Shown: positions 1-13,040 of the stretch, piece by piece
Layout of the letters: every line of letters starts with the position of its first letter
How positions within the stretch are numbered: position 1 is the stretch's first letter
Assembly (NCBI GenBank): GCA_016748015.1
Contig: JAAOMT010000176.1
Coordinates: forward strand, 549,436 to 613,435
Reading direction: 5' to 3'
Source of the DNA: Geosiphon pyriformis uo1
Taxonomy: Eukaryota > Fungi > Glomeromycota
DNA: 64,000 nucleotides
The notes under the pieces: model-generated
What the model was told of the DNA's origin: nothing
Databases searched by the model: none
The model's input: only the letters and a program-made list of their open reading frames with translations
Made by a program: the position numbers and the translations under genes

Positions 1-2321
1 ACAAGATGCTGCTGCACAGGCCATGGATAAACTGGTTGAAGATTTGTGGTGCTGTGAAATAGTTGGTGTTAATTGCTTGAATTTGGTGCAGATTTCAATG
101 GAAGCATCCCAGATAAGTGGTGACTGCTTCAGTTTCTCTTTATTTCATGGTGGCAAATGTATTGACTAGTCGATTGATGCTGTTATTGTTGCTGAAGTAT
201 CTTAAGAATTCCACTTTGAAGGCATTGAAATCTTGTGGTTTATTAATCAAGCTCTAATACCATGAATTGACAGTATTCTTGAGAAAGTAGGGAATGGCTT
301 GTATTGCTCAGGCGTTATTTCATCTATTGGCTGTAATGGTCTTTTCTATATCATTCAGCCATACTTGAGCATCGTTCTCTTTATTGGTAAAGTTGTCAAG
401 TTTTGCAATTGGTGCGTAGGTCATTGGATCTAAGTTGGGTGGTTGTGGTGGCTGTTGAAGCAATTGTTGTTGTACTGATTATTGGGGTGGTAATTGAAGT
501 GGCTGCTGTATGGGTTTGGCTATGGAATTAATTGGCAGTTGATTGATGATGATTACCAGAGATAAGTTTTGCTGATTAATTAATTCGGGGTTTGGATTGT
601 TCTGCCTTTGATGATTTGGAGTTTTGATTTCCAAATTTTTTAGATTTAGATTTTGCTGAGTTTGAAGATTCGGGGTTTCAACTTCCGGGTTTTCAGTGAT
701 TGGGTGCTGGTAAGTGAATTCTTGATCTTCTGATTTTTTTTCCTTTTTTTCTGATTCTATTACTTCTCACAGATCAGAAATTCCGAAATCTGATAAAGGC
801 AGTAGTAATCGAAGTTTTGATGGGGTTGATGATCGCGAATTAAATTCTTTAAAGTATTCACCATATGGTCCTAATAATTCTGTTTTTTTTTGTCTACTTT
901 GGAATGGAAATCGTCCAAATGCTGATGTCGCAGTTGATGGGAATGCATTTGTTGATAATATGTTGATGGCACTTCTGGGTGTATAGTGGTAGGATGGGTT
1001 GCTTGGGGATTCAATTCTGTTTTTCTTCTAAGTAGATGGTTGTATTTTTCTGAATGTTACTGCTGGTGTTTGTAGTTTTTTTTTGCCTTTACTAGCGTAT
1101 GTAATTGGATATCTTTGTTGGGTGTGATGTTCAATTTCTTTGTTGATCTCAGTGATGATGGATGCAAAATTATGATTTGTTGGTAGGTTGGTGTTTTGAA
1201 TTAATTCCCTATAAAAAGTTTCCCTTGCTGATTCAGTATTCACTGGTGTTTCTAACAAAGAGAAAATTTTTTCATTGACGTAGAAATTGAAAGCTGATTC
1301 GGCAGATATATAATTGTGGTTTAATCTCAAGTATTGACAATAGTGTTGAAATAAGGATTTTGTGAATCCTAAATGGTTTGCTCCTATATTTTCTGATTCT
1401 GCCACTTTTGGATGGTGTTTGTTGGTGTGGGTTCTCTGTAGAATTATACCTTACAGGGAGCACCAAATGTTACAGATGACTATTTGGGGTCTTGAGTTAA
1501 ATAACACACTCATAACTTGGTGCTTAAAAGCTATTTCTGTTGATAATGTTCTGAAAGTATTGTATCTGAAGGTGTTGATGGAGTTCTTTGTATAATGAAC
1601 AGAGATTTAATAGTGATAGTATTCACATGTTCAATGGTTTCCCAATTTCTTTTTCAGCTTGGTGGCCAGATTTATTCTGGCAGTCATGCCTTTCTGGTAA
1701 GCTAACCGATAATATATATAAATTTACTCTTATTTCTGGGTTTTTTACCAGGCTATTCGTAACATCAATAACTTAGTGCTTTTAATTCTCAATTAATTAG
1801 TATGTACCACAAAATCAAAGAAAGATAAAAGAGAAAATAAGAAAATAAGCCAAGGCAATTTGCAAGTTAATATCTCATCAATAGCCATGATCAAGAGTTA
1901 TTGTTCCAATATGATTAAGTATCAGTTATTATCAACATGAAGTGTTGATAGTGAAAAATGAATTTGATATAGTGAATAATTATTTATTTTTTAGGATTGT
2001 GGTAACTAAGCTAAGAATTTTTCTTGTCGATTCTGTCTTTTCTGCTTCTAACACTACTGCTATATATATATATTTGAGATTCCTTAATTCTTCAATTTCT
2101 TGCGACAGGAATCCTAGAATTCCTGGAATCCTGCGATTTCTGATGAGAGAAATCCTGGAATTCTGGAATCCTGTGATTCTTTGTCGGAGAATTCTAAAAT
2201 TCCTGAAATCCTGCAATTCCTCTAAAAGGAATCTTGGAATTCCATATTTATTATGTCTACATCTGATTGGCTAATATCTACTGGCTAATAATACTATATT
2301 TCCTATATTCTATGAGTAACA
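1..2321 (-). mobile_element. Degenerate Ty3/Gypsy-like LTR retrotransposon: 5' LTR plus gag relic; continues left of the window
   Basis: Minus strand ~430-1 translates, with stops, to a retrotransposon-gag-like core (YAPIAKLDNFTNKENDAQVWLNDIEK...AIPYFLKNTVNSWY*SL...FLRYFS...QIFNQFIHGL). The element starts TGTTAC at 2321 on the minus strand, followed by CCAAT, short tandem repeats and a TATATATA box. The LTR 3' end and PBS were not resolved. Confidence 0.75.
2105..2245. repeat. Degenerate ~9-bp GGAAT(T/C)CT-type tandem repeats within the putative LTR
   Basis: aggaatcctagaattcctggaatcct...aatcctggaattctggaatcct...aaattcctgaaatcct...ggaatcttggaattcc. Confidence 0.7.
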
Positions 2322-4800
2322 ATGACATGAGAGTAAACCAGTCTCTTTTCCAAGGTGGCACCTGCATATAAGCCCAAAACCATCAATGAAAACTTGTTTT
2401 TAAAAAGCAATTTTACAGAAATGAGTTGGCCAGGCATCTCAAAAACTTTGCACATGTGCTTTGCTAGAGAAGCATTCATAATTATGGTAATGTCTGTATC
2501 CAAATAACTAAACTCTAAACCAGAGGTGAACACTCGAATACCATCAAACTTATTCATAATCCAAAGACAAATTTTGCCTTTCAACTTTGTTTCAGTAACC
2601 ACAGAAATCATGTTGTCCTTATTTTTGTGCCATCGAACAATGTCTTCCTGTTTGGCAGGATTGTTCATGTCTCTGACATTACATGTAGCCACTTTCCATA
2701 CCAAACTACTTATTGAGAAAGAAGGAAAGCCAAAGAATCTGCACCAGAACATAGACAATTCAACCTTTCCAAAACTGAACCGATTAAGACCTCAAAAGCT
2801 ACCATTTTCAATTCCAATTTGCCCATTTTAGAGATTAAAACTTTGGAAAAACTTGAGCTAGAATTATGGACTACATCATCAACAGCTGAGAGAGGGGGAG
2901 TGGAAGCCAACATCTTATCATTCAAAACCATATCCACATTCAAATGTGGCACCAAAGAGGTGGGAGTGGCTGGAAGAAGAATGCTAAAAGAGGTTGCCAT
3001 CAGTATCAGTTCCATGCCACTTAACTTTTTTAATATACCAGACACCTGATTCATTAAAAGCTCCAAGAAGCATTTCAAAGTGTCCAATCGAGCATTCAAA
3101 AAAGAGTTGTTGGCTGAAACAAAAGGAGAACTACTGTTTGAATCTGAGACATCAGAAAGAGGGAAGCCAAAACTGTAACCAGAACTGAAACAAGGACCAC
3201 CAGAAGGACTAGTGAGTGTAACCACCTAGGCTCAAGATTTGCCACCAAAGGCAGCAAGGTGAGATATCGAAACACTTTTTTTTTCATACAACTTTGCCAA
3301 CTGAAGATGATGTCCATCAGATGCAAACCTTTTAAATGTTCTTGAGAGCTTAGATGGGAATGCAACAGATCCATCACACTTTAGAGCAGAATGACCAAAT
3401 TTTTCACATTTTTTACACCAAACCAGATCTATCTTTGCCCAAGAAAGTTTAACACCACCAAGAATTGGCTCTGTGCAAAAGGCAAATTCCAGATCATTGT
3501 CAAATTTAAAACTGACTACAGCACAATGAATCTTATTACCAGTTTCCAGAGATCTGTTTATGACACAAGTTTTCTTACCAGCTCTAACCAGAAAAGTTTT
3601 AAGATTATGTGTCATCATTCTCACCAGCAAAGTAAACAAAAGTGCTCTAAACCGATTCCTTAATGCTCAAGTTTTATGATCCTCCACCACTTTGGCTATG
3701 CATACAGAATTCTTACCAATCAGGAATAACCACTTAGAGGCTAATAAATTAGCTTGGTTTAGCTTAGCAAATTCCATCACTGTTTTTTGCCACATTTCAA
3801 TTAGTTGAATTTTGATCAACTTAATTTCTCCAAATTCGGATACTGTGGTGATGATCATATCTTTAGGCATATTCATAAGAATTTTCTTAATCACCACAGT
3901 CTAATCTGACCTCATTCCTTGTCTCTTAAGATTTTTGTTTACATCAATCACTTTTTCTCTGGCCAATGATGTGGCCATTTCTATGCTGCTTTCTGAAATG
4001 AAGATAGATCTGATGATCTCTTCAAATTTTGAAAGGGTAGTAGCCCTCCCAAAACCATTGACCATTGAGAAAATTTTCCTAATGAACTAAGTCTTTGCTG
4101 TAGCAGATTTGCTTTTTATCACCAAAAGATTGATATCCAAAGCAAATAATTTTTTGACTGACACTTCTACAGGAGTTTTGATGACCTTTGGGTCAATTCA
4201 TTTCTTTTCAAGAGAAATAGACAAGCAAGGAGGGAGCACAACTTTATCATCATCTATATGAAAGTTAGAAGAACTGAATGGAGAACCAAAAACAGCACCA
4301 GTACTGACTTGCTTTGCCTTGGGTGTAGTAGCAGCTGAGCCCAAAAGAAACCCACCATCCATATCAGACATGCTAACATTTTCATCCTCACCAGAAAGAC
4401 TTTCCACATCAGAATAAACATTATTACTAGATCCAGATCTGCTTAAGGATATATCTCTTTTATCACTAGAGTGTTTGACATTACCAAGAACAACTTTCTT
4501 CTTTTGAAAAAAGAAACCACCAACAGAATCATGAAAAGCACTTTTAGAAGTCTTCTTTTTAAATGTGGTGCTACTAAGAGTAGTTTCTATATCCATGAAA
4601 AATGGGCTATTATTAGGTAAAGAAATATTGATATAGACTAAAAAACAAAAAAAACTTCTTTTTACAGAAAATGTGCTTTTTAAGAATTTTTGGAGATAAG
4701 AAAGAAAGAAGTTTTTCTTTTTTAACTTTTAAATAACCAAGTCTTTTTGATAAAATAATTATATTATATATCATGTGATTAATTATACAAAAAAGCTTAA
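2322..4800 (-). mobile_element. Degenerate L1/Tx1-like LINE: ORF1 (4596 to ~2710) and the start of the ORF2 APE endonuclease (~2713-2322), cut by the LTR insertion
   Basis: ORF1 fragments show an RRM-like segment (VIKKILMNMPKDMIITTVSEFGEIK...W..TVMEF), a CCHC knuckle (CKKCEKFGHSALKC) and a coiled coil. ORF2 begins WKVATCNVRDMNNPAKQ...VVTETKL...VLGLYAG, typical APE endonuclease motifs. Multiple stops and frameshifts. The 5' boundary is approximate. Confidence 0.85.
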
Positions 4801-4879
4801 TATTGTTTTTAATAATTATTTTTAAAATTAATAAAATTATGTAAAAATTAAAACACAATTATAATATAAATCTATTTAA

Positions 4880-7145
4880 TTTTAAAAGTTTTTACTTATT
4901 TAAAAAAGTAATATAGACTCTTTGTCTTCTTAATTTTATGACCACAATCAGAACAAAGAATAAAAAAGCTATATCTAATATTTTTTCTGAGATATCTAAT
5001 AAAATTTCAACCAGAAAAGCTCTCTCTATTATAGAAGCAATCAGACAAAATGTTTTAAAAGTCTTCTCTTTATTTAGTAATTGTAAAAAGCTGTCTTTAA
5101 TAACTACTGAAGCAACTTTCTCTTCTTTGGCTGGTTTTTTACCAGTCAAAATTCTTTTAAAGAAACACACTTGGATTAATTTCAGTATTATCTCTACTTC
5201 AACTAAGAGCCCAAAAGTTTTTAATAATAGACCAGTAAACAAGTTGGTCTTTTTTTCTATAGCTTTAATACTTAGTGCTATTAACATCATCTCTTCAAAA
5301 AAAATGGTTAAAAAGACCAAAAGTTCAGAAAAGTAAGAGCAGTTGCTTGCTTCTGCTATTGTTATACTGAATCTTTTTGTGGTTTCCAATAAAATTTTGG
5401 GTGAGATCTTCATAGCATCATTCAGCACATTATCTAAGATAGATTAAAATCAACTACTAACTGTATTGTCAAATGTGGTATTACTTGTTTTTAAAAACTG
5501 AACTGACCAAATAGAAACTGAATTATTTTTTCCTTTGGTTTCTGGTACTGCTACTGTTGGTGCTTGGAAAACTATTACTAGTTATTAAAGATTTGCTGGA
5601 TTAATGGCCTCTACTTTAGTGTTTGATGCTATTTTTAAGATCAAATTGGCTTATGTTAAAACTGTTTTTCAGTATGTATATGGTTTTTTGGATATGAAAT
5701 TAATTGTAAAAAACAATATAAAGCTTTTTTGTGTAGAGTTTGCTTCTTAAAACTCTTTAGATGCTGTATTTTTAGTCAAGTTTACAAGTTTTGTTTATCT
5801 TGTTACTCTTAAAATTACCAAGTTTTTAGTGGTTTCTGAGTCTGGCTCCCTTTTTGCTGCTGTAGTATTGCATGATGTGTCTTTAGATGTGTCTGTTATT
5901 GATATTAAGACAGCTTTCAGTGTTTTTGGTATGATTACTTGTGTTGTGCTGAAGTCTGTTGGTATTTGGCAATATGTAGTGGTTTATTTTGAGAAGTTAG
6001 ATTTTGCTGTGTCTGTTTTAAATTATTGGTTAATTTTGATGGACAAGAATAGTGTTAGAATTCTTCTCTTGGTAAATCAAAATAAGACTATTCTGTTTTA
6101 TAATAGATTTAAGACCAAATTAGTCAACCTTTCTTCTGACTGTACTGCTTTTGAAATTAGTAATTTGATTTTTCAAGTTAATAATCAAACATGTTTTATT
6201 TTTTGCTTTCCTAATTCTGGTTATTGTTCCCAGTTTGCTCTGATTATGTTTAATTTTCAGATAGATCTGAATGTTACTGTACTTAAGACTGGTATACTAA
6301 GAAAATATTGTATCTGGTAGAAAACTTCTGAAAATTGGTGCTGTTTTTGGTGCCAAGATTTGGATCATCTGGTTTCAGATTGTAAAATGTTTTCATTTCT
6401 TTCTTTTAGAATCTCTAAATTTTTTATTTTTTATATTATTGGTAACAAGTTTTATGCCAATACTACTGCTTTTGTGCCTTCTGTAATCTCTTGTCTTTCT
6501 GGTAGTTTGGTTTTACTTGCTGATATATTTGCTTATAATTCTGTGGTTTTTTTTTGGTTGTCTTTTATAGAGTTTGAGTTAATCAAGCTTTCCAATTTGG
6601 TCAACTCTATTGTTAAGTTTATTGGTTCTATGGTCAAATTATTTGAACAATTTGTTAATAAAGATTTAGTTTTAAGTAGTGCTCTTGGTCTTAGGGTCAA
6701 TAAAGTTTTAGTACATATAAGTATCTTTAGCAAAGCTATTAGTAAGCTGGAACAAGAGATAGTTGCTTTGAAAACTAAGTATGGTTATAAAAACATTAAT
6801 ATGTCTGGTCCTCATATAAGTTTGTTTTCTGTTGATAATAATATGTTTTCTAACTTAATGTTATTTTGGAAACATGAATCTGCTGTTGTAAAAACTGATG
6901 CCTTTAAAATGACTAAGTAGCTGGTTGAATTAGTTAGTAATAGTGCTATATTGTTTGAAATTGTTCAAAAAATGTCTTCTTTAGATAAGTTTTCTTCTAA
7001 GACTTCAGCATAGTGTGTTTTTGATTGGTCTGAGTAACTAATTATGTGTAGAAAACACATGATTAGCACCTAGTTTAGATTATTTAGTTTAATGTATTGT
7101 ATTAGATGGCTTTTGGATTGTACTCATTAAACAATAAAAAAAAAA
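4880..7145 (+). mobile_element. ORF1-only non-LTR retroelement (HAL1-like), copy 1, degenerate
   Basis: A broken ORF from 4938 to ~7013 has an RRM-like segment, a CCHC knuckle (CFWCQDLDHLVSDC) and a coiled coil. It is followed by a ~120-nt 3' UTR and an A-tail at ~7135-7145. No ORF2. Paralogous to 47128-49420. Confidence 0.75.
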
Positions 7146-7184
7146 TTTAATAATTATTAATTATTTTTTAAAATAAAAAAGAAA

Positions 7185-7480
7185 AAAACTTTAGTTTTTA
7201 TTTTATTAATTTAATTTTTAAGATTAAATGGCCTAATAAATTAATTGGTTAACGTTGTATATAGAAAAGTTATTGTTTTGCTTCTAAAACTAGTAAAAAT
7301 TAACTAAAATTTAATGTATTAAGCATAGTTATGTATTAATTCAAACCAATTTTGACAAATATGTTGCTATCATTTAAAAGAGAAAAAAAACTGTTGTTTA
7401 CAGTCAAATTAAGATTGAATACTATAATTGGTGTAAATACTAAAAAACTGAAAAAAGCCAATACTTTATTTTTTACAAAT
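7185..7480 (+). repeat. Fragment of a dispersed AT-rich non-coding repeat family (MITE-like)
   Basis: Shares blocks with 55440-55750 (tttagtttttattttattaat; ttgttttgcttYtaaaacta; caaatYaagattgaataYtataattggt; aaaaaagccaata), and more weakly with ~61530-61800. Confidence 0.6.
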
Positions 7481-7705
7481 CTTAAGTCAAAGATTATCAT
7501 ATATTGTTTAAAAATATTTCGTACGACAGACGGATCCGTGATTTCTTGGGTCAGGTGACCTCGTTGTTAAATTGTAAATAAATATTGTTAGCAAACTACG
7601 TCAACCAAGATATAACCTTTTGGTTCTTAGAGCCGGGGAATTTGAAGCTATAGACGTTGTCGCAGGTGTTAAATTTTCTTCAAACCTTGCTTAAGCATTG
7701 TAACC

Positions 7706-10700
7706 ATGGCAAATATCACTCATAGTCCACCAAGAATCGACAAAAGCCTTTATGAACGCGCCTCAACGTTCGCGTTGCTGGAACCACTTCGCCAGAAATT
7801 AGTCAATGATCTCTCACAAATACACGCCGAGATTGCTGCTGTGTCTTCAAGGGAACTCTCTTCATTCCTCGGGGATTTTTTAGAATTTCAACAAGTGGTG
7901 TTAGGAATTGATCCTTCACATACATCTCTGCCGCGTCCTGTTAAGATCCCTCCAAAACTTTTCAAACTAGATCCCGCACCTTCCCCGTCTTCTGCTGTTT
8001 ACTATATCCTTTTTGCTGCTTACCAGTATCGAGGGCAGAATGGCTGGAGGAGTTGGGACTGGACAAGAACGGATAAAATGGTAGAATTGGTGAGCTACGT
8101 CCGAAGAGAACTTATTCAAAGAAATATTATAAAAAATCCAGTAATATCGTTTGAGGAAAGTGTCAATGTGAACACAAGGCAGGAGCTAAGGCAGATTGTG
8201 ATTAGCCTAGGCGGTAAATTTTCAATTTCTGTCTTAGAAATTTATGGCTACTGATTGATATACATTTTGATTCAATGATCATTTCCTAATTAGGTTGAGG
8301 TTTAATTTTATTCCTTAAGGTCAATTAGCTGATAATAAGAATTCCCCAACTCATATAATAAATGGAACAAATGATGGGATCGACGATACCGAATTAGACT
8401 ATTTTCGCACCCTTGAAAAGAAAAACGGAAAGGTTTTCATCCATTGGTGGTATTATCCAGACTCTTATGATACATGGGTACAAGAAGCACCCGAACATGC
8501 TGATCCTGAGCCCGCCCCTGAGCATAATGGCCATTGGAATGTGGGAGTCCGTTGGCTGAGAGATAGCCTAAAGTTTAATGAATGGATGAATGAAGAAGAT
8601 TATGAGATAAGTGAGGAGCGGAGACTATCCGCTGAAGAAGATCAATCCTTTTTAAGGGAAATGGAATCATCAGCAATGAATAAGCGAAACTTAGATTATT
8701 CAAACTCGCCTTTAAACATGGATATTGATACGCAAAACAATACAGCGAAAAGGTTAAGAACTGAAACCCCAGATCCCGACCCAGATCCAGTCCCAGAACA
8801 TCACAGATTGTCTGTAGTCAACATTGAAAGTCAGTTATCCCGACCTGGAGCTCGCAACAAGAAAAATGAGTTTGAGCCTTTATCTAATACCGACATTGTA
8901 AATATATCGGAAGCATATCCACCAATTTTAAATAAGCTTGAAGAAACTAAATCGACAAGCAAAGAGCAGACTGCGTTCTCCAATGCTCCCATAGAAATGG
9001 ACAGTCTTGCTACTGATTTGAGCGAAATTCATATTCCCGCGGAAAATCGAAGTAAGCTTAAGAACGAGAGTGCTTAATATCAAGTTTTTTGTTAATTTTC
9101 AACATGAATTCTCCATATTATTAGACAATATGGATATTGATACGTCTTACCAGGATCAAAAAGAAATTGTTGATGAGATGACCGAGGAAACTCCACATGC
9201 CCCAAAAGATGAAGATGAACCTGAGCATAAGGAGAGCCCAGGGGAGCCTAGAGCCTCTGAAGAGCCCAGCAACGATAATGTAATATCCGAAAATATTAAC
9301 AATGTAGACACTGAAGCTATCGCTGCTCATGCTGAAGAAGAAAAGAAACGGATTGAGGAAGAGGCTCGAAAATACTTATCAGCGCAAACTCAGGAAGTTA
9401 TCATTCCATCATATGCCGCCTGGTTTGATATGGCAAAGATACACGAAATCGAAAAAAAAGCTTTACCCGAATTTTTTAACAACAAAAATAAATCCAAGAC
9501 TCCCAGTATTTACAAAGATTATCGAGATTTTATTCTTAATACATACCGGCTTAACCCCTCTGAGTATCTCACAGTAACAGCATGCAGAAGAAATCTTGCT
9601 GGAGATGTTTGTGCAATAATTCGTGTCCATGCATTTCTTGAACAATGGGGATTAATAAATTATCAAGTATGTTCAATGTTTCCTTTTAATTTATTGGTAG
9701 AATTTGGGCTGACATCATCTGGTACTACCATAGGTTGATCCAGAAACCCGGCCTTCTACTATTGGACCACCATTCACGGGGCATTATCGAATCACAGCTG
9801 ACACCCCCAGAGGGCTCCAACCCTTTCAACCCAGTGCAGCTCCTCCAACAACCTTAAATTCTCAAGCACTGCAAGTTTCCGCGTCTACTAGTGCTGCTAC
9901 TACAACATCAGCTAAGGTGGAATTAAATCTTGGATTGCGGCAGTACATCTACCAATCAGATGCCAAGTCTACACCTCAAGAAATTTCCCAAGAGAATGGA
10001 AATAACTCGGTTGATAATTCATTATCAGGCTCCAAAAGACCTTACAATTGTTTTACTTGTGGGGCTGATTGTACACGTGCTAGATATCATAATGTTAAGA
10101 CTAAAAATTTTGAATTATGCCCAAACTGTTACCTGGATGGTCGATTTCCCTCAACAATGTACAGTGGGGATTTTGTAAAAATGTGCGAAACGCCTTTTAA
10201 TCACGCTCAGGACAATGACTGGACTGATGAAGAGGTCCTTAGACTTCTGGAAGCTTTAGAAATGTTTGATGAGGATTGGAATCAAATTGCAGATCATGTT
10301 GGAACTCGAACAAGAGAGCAATGCATTTTGCATTTTATGCAACTTCCAATCGAAGATCCATATTTAGGAACACCAATATCAAATTTAGGGCCCTTGCAAT
10401 ATCATAGACTTCCTTTCAGCCAAGCTGATAATCCAATAATGTCAGTTGTAGCTTTCTTGGCATCTGTCGTGAATCCGGGTGTAGCCGCAGCTGTTGCAAA
10501 ATCTTCACTACAGGAAATGTCCATGCTAAAAAAAAATCGAGATGTTATTAAGGACAAGAATGGAGTTAATGGTGCTAAGATAGGTGATAATTTATCAACA
10601 AATGACCCCAATACCCCAACAGTTGAAGTCAAGCAGGAGGATACGATGGATACGGAAGTAACTAATCAATCTAGCTCAACAGATCAAGGCACATTATCTC

Positions 10701-11152
10701 CACGCTCTGTGATGGAGAAGGCAGGTGCTGCTGCTTTAGGGGCTGCTGCTGCTAAAGCCAAAGCGCTCGCAGATTATGAAGAAAGAGAGATCCAAAGGCT
10801 TGTGAACACAGTAATTGAGTCACAGTTGAAGAAACTTGAACTTAAGCTTCAACAATTTGAAGAAATGGAAAGCATATTGGAAGTCGAAAAGCGTGAGCTG
10901 GAGAATCAACGTAATCAGCTGTACATTGAACGTTTAACGTTGAAAAAAAATCTTCTGTTGGTTCAAGAACAATTAAAAACAGCTCAGGCAACTGGGACAA
11001 TTAACGTACCAGTCACTGGTTATAGCTATGCAAATGCCAGTAATACTATGATTTTATCTGCTTCGGAATATCATGAGGAACAGGACCAAAATTATCCTGA
11101 AATTCCGCTTAGTCAAGAAGCACCAGAAAATATCGTAATGAATAGCTTTTAA
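7706..11152 (+). CDS. SWI3: SWI/SNF-RSC core subunit of the SWI3/RSC8/SMARCC family (N-terminal chromo/BRCT-like module, SWIRM, ZZ finger, SANT, coiled coil)
   Basis: Exons ~7706-8213, 8320-9051, 9125-9666 and 9734-11152, all GT-AG. SWIRM: IIPSYAAWF...[18 protein letters not shown]...[13 protein letters not shown]: CFTCGADC...CPNCY. SANT: [16 protein letters not shown]. Also [16 protein letters not shown]. Confidence 0.95.
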
Positions 11153-12882
11153 TGATATTTTAGGTTTTTTTTCTAATGACGTTAAACGCTATGATAGAGT
11201 TCAGTTGTAATTGCCCAAATGGGATCTTCAATGAATGGGTTGTCAGTTCTTTACTATTAAGCGATTTCAAAAAGTTTGCCATCTACCAAGTCGTAAGGCT
11301 GGGTAAAAGTTTTGGATTAATGAAAATTATTGTTCTTTAAATCTGATACCTTGCCAATTATTTTTAAATTGGGATAACTCTAGTATTCTTAATATCTTTA
11401 TCGATCGTTTTATTTTCAATATTTGAACAAAACCAATTTCAAATAAGTATGAAAGATCGATATAGGCTTGCGTAAAGATCCCAAAGATTTTTAATGGACG
11501 TCGTCTTTTAATTTGTTGAAAATCTCGATTTTATTTTTATAAATATATAATATTAGGATATTAGTTAATTGTTTATAAATATTTTATAATATTAAATTAA
11601 AATAAAATCTAAAATAAACGAATTAATAATTAAAATGGTAATTTGTTTAATATATATATATATTTATATATATATAATTGATTATATTAAAATAGACATA
11701 TAAATTAATAATGTAATATAATAATAATAATAATAATAATAACTATAATAATAATAGTAATAAAATTAAATATTGTAAATTTTTTATCATTATTTAAAAT
11801 TTCAAAATCCGATAAGTTATAAATTTGAGCATAAATAGATTAATCTTATTTAAATATTAACTATAAATTTTTAAAGCAAATTTTGAAGTATTAACATATA
11901 TGATTCTATTTTTTTAATGCATCATAATTTTAATTAAAATGATTTTATTAAAATGAAAATCATTTTCTGATCTGATCACGTCAATTTTTTATATATAATA
12001 AAATTTGAAATTTCTTTTTACTTTAAAATGATCTTGAAATATACAACTTTTATTTTATTTTAAATTTGGTTTTAATTATGTGTGAGAGCATTTTCTGTTG
12101 AGAAGATGCTTTATCACTTGCCAGAAAAACCGTATGAAAATTTGGCATGTTTTCAATGTAAATTCTTTTTTGGGATCTATTATTATCGTAATCTCAATCC
12201 TTTTTAAAAATTGAGATAGTTTTTTTTTAATTTGGATCTATTCTTTCACGCTTTTTTCTGAACTTTTATTTTGATTTCTCCAAAAATTGAGTTTTGGGAA
12301 GTTGGGACTAAAATTATCTTTTTACTGAGGCTTTGTAATTTTAAATTGATGAGAATTTTAAAAAAGAAGCTTTAAAGGTTTTAGAAGAAATTTTGGAAAG
12401 ATAGGAAACTTTTTCAAGCTAACGAAGATTATCAAATCTCATTTTGAATAAATCGTTGGATGAACCAGTTGAATATTGGAGCGATCATCCTTTATTGAAG
12501 GTGATTTTTTTTCTGAATTTTTAATCAATTTCTCATGAGTCTCTTCGAATTCTTCATCTCAAAATTTCCGAGAATTGGGACGATATTCTAATTTCAAAAG
12601 TCGAAAATTCTTTAAATCTTTCACACCTTTCTCAGCTAAACATTGTTAATTATCCCCAAAAATGCTTTTAATTTAGATGCTATCACTTGACGGATTTCAC
12701 ACGGATAGAAACTTATTCAATTATCTCCAATGAAACTTTTCTTTTTCAATGTTATCACTAAAGGAAAATCTATGTGAGATCTTGATTATTAAAAGATGGC
12801 GGTGCTCATTTCATTTTTCCCATTAATCACACTCTCTCACATCGTCAATCATCCCAAAGAATTGTATCTTCGAGATTATCAC

Positions 12883-13040
12883 CACTGCCATTTCACGCGA
12901 CTCAAGATTGATCAAGAGGCAGTGCAAATTGATACCAATATAATGTGATCATTCCAAAAGAAGCAAATTATCACCATTAAATTCATTCACGCGGTTTCTC
13001 AAATACGAAACTTTTAAATTTTTGAGAGGCAGTGCAAATT
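12883..13040. promoter_or_regulatory. Cluster of GGCAGTG motifs, including an exact 16-bp direct repeat, upstream of the zinc-finger gene (candidate CDRE-like sites)
   Basis: AGAGGCAGTGCAAATT at 12915-12930 and 13025-13040, and inverted CACTGCC at 12883-12889. The function is inferred. Confidence 0.35.

Noticed and set aside
2105-2245. Short repeats as a CRISPR-like array
   Set aside because: Degenerate ~9-bp units with no unique spacers, located inside an LTR in a eukaryote.
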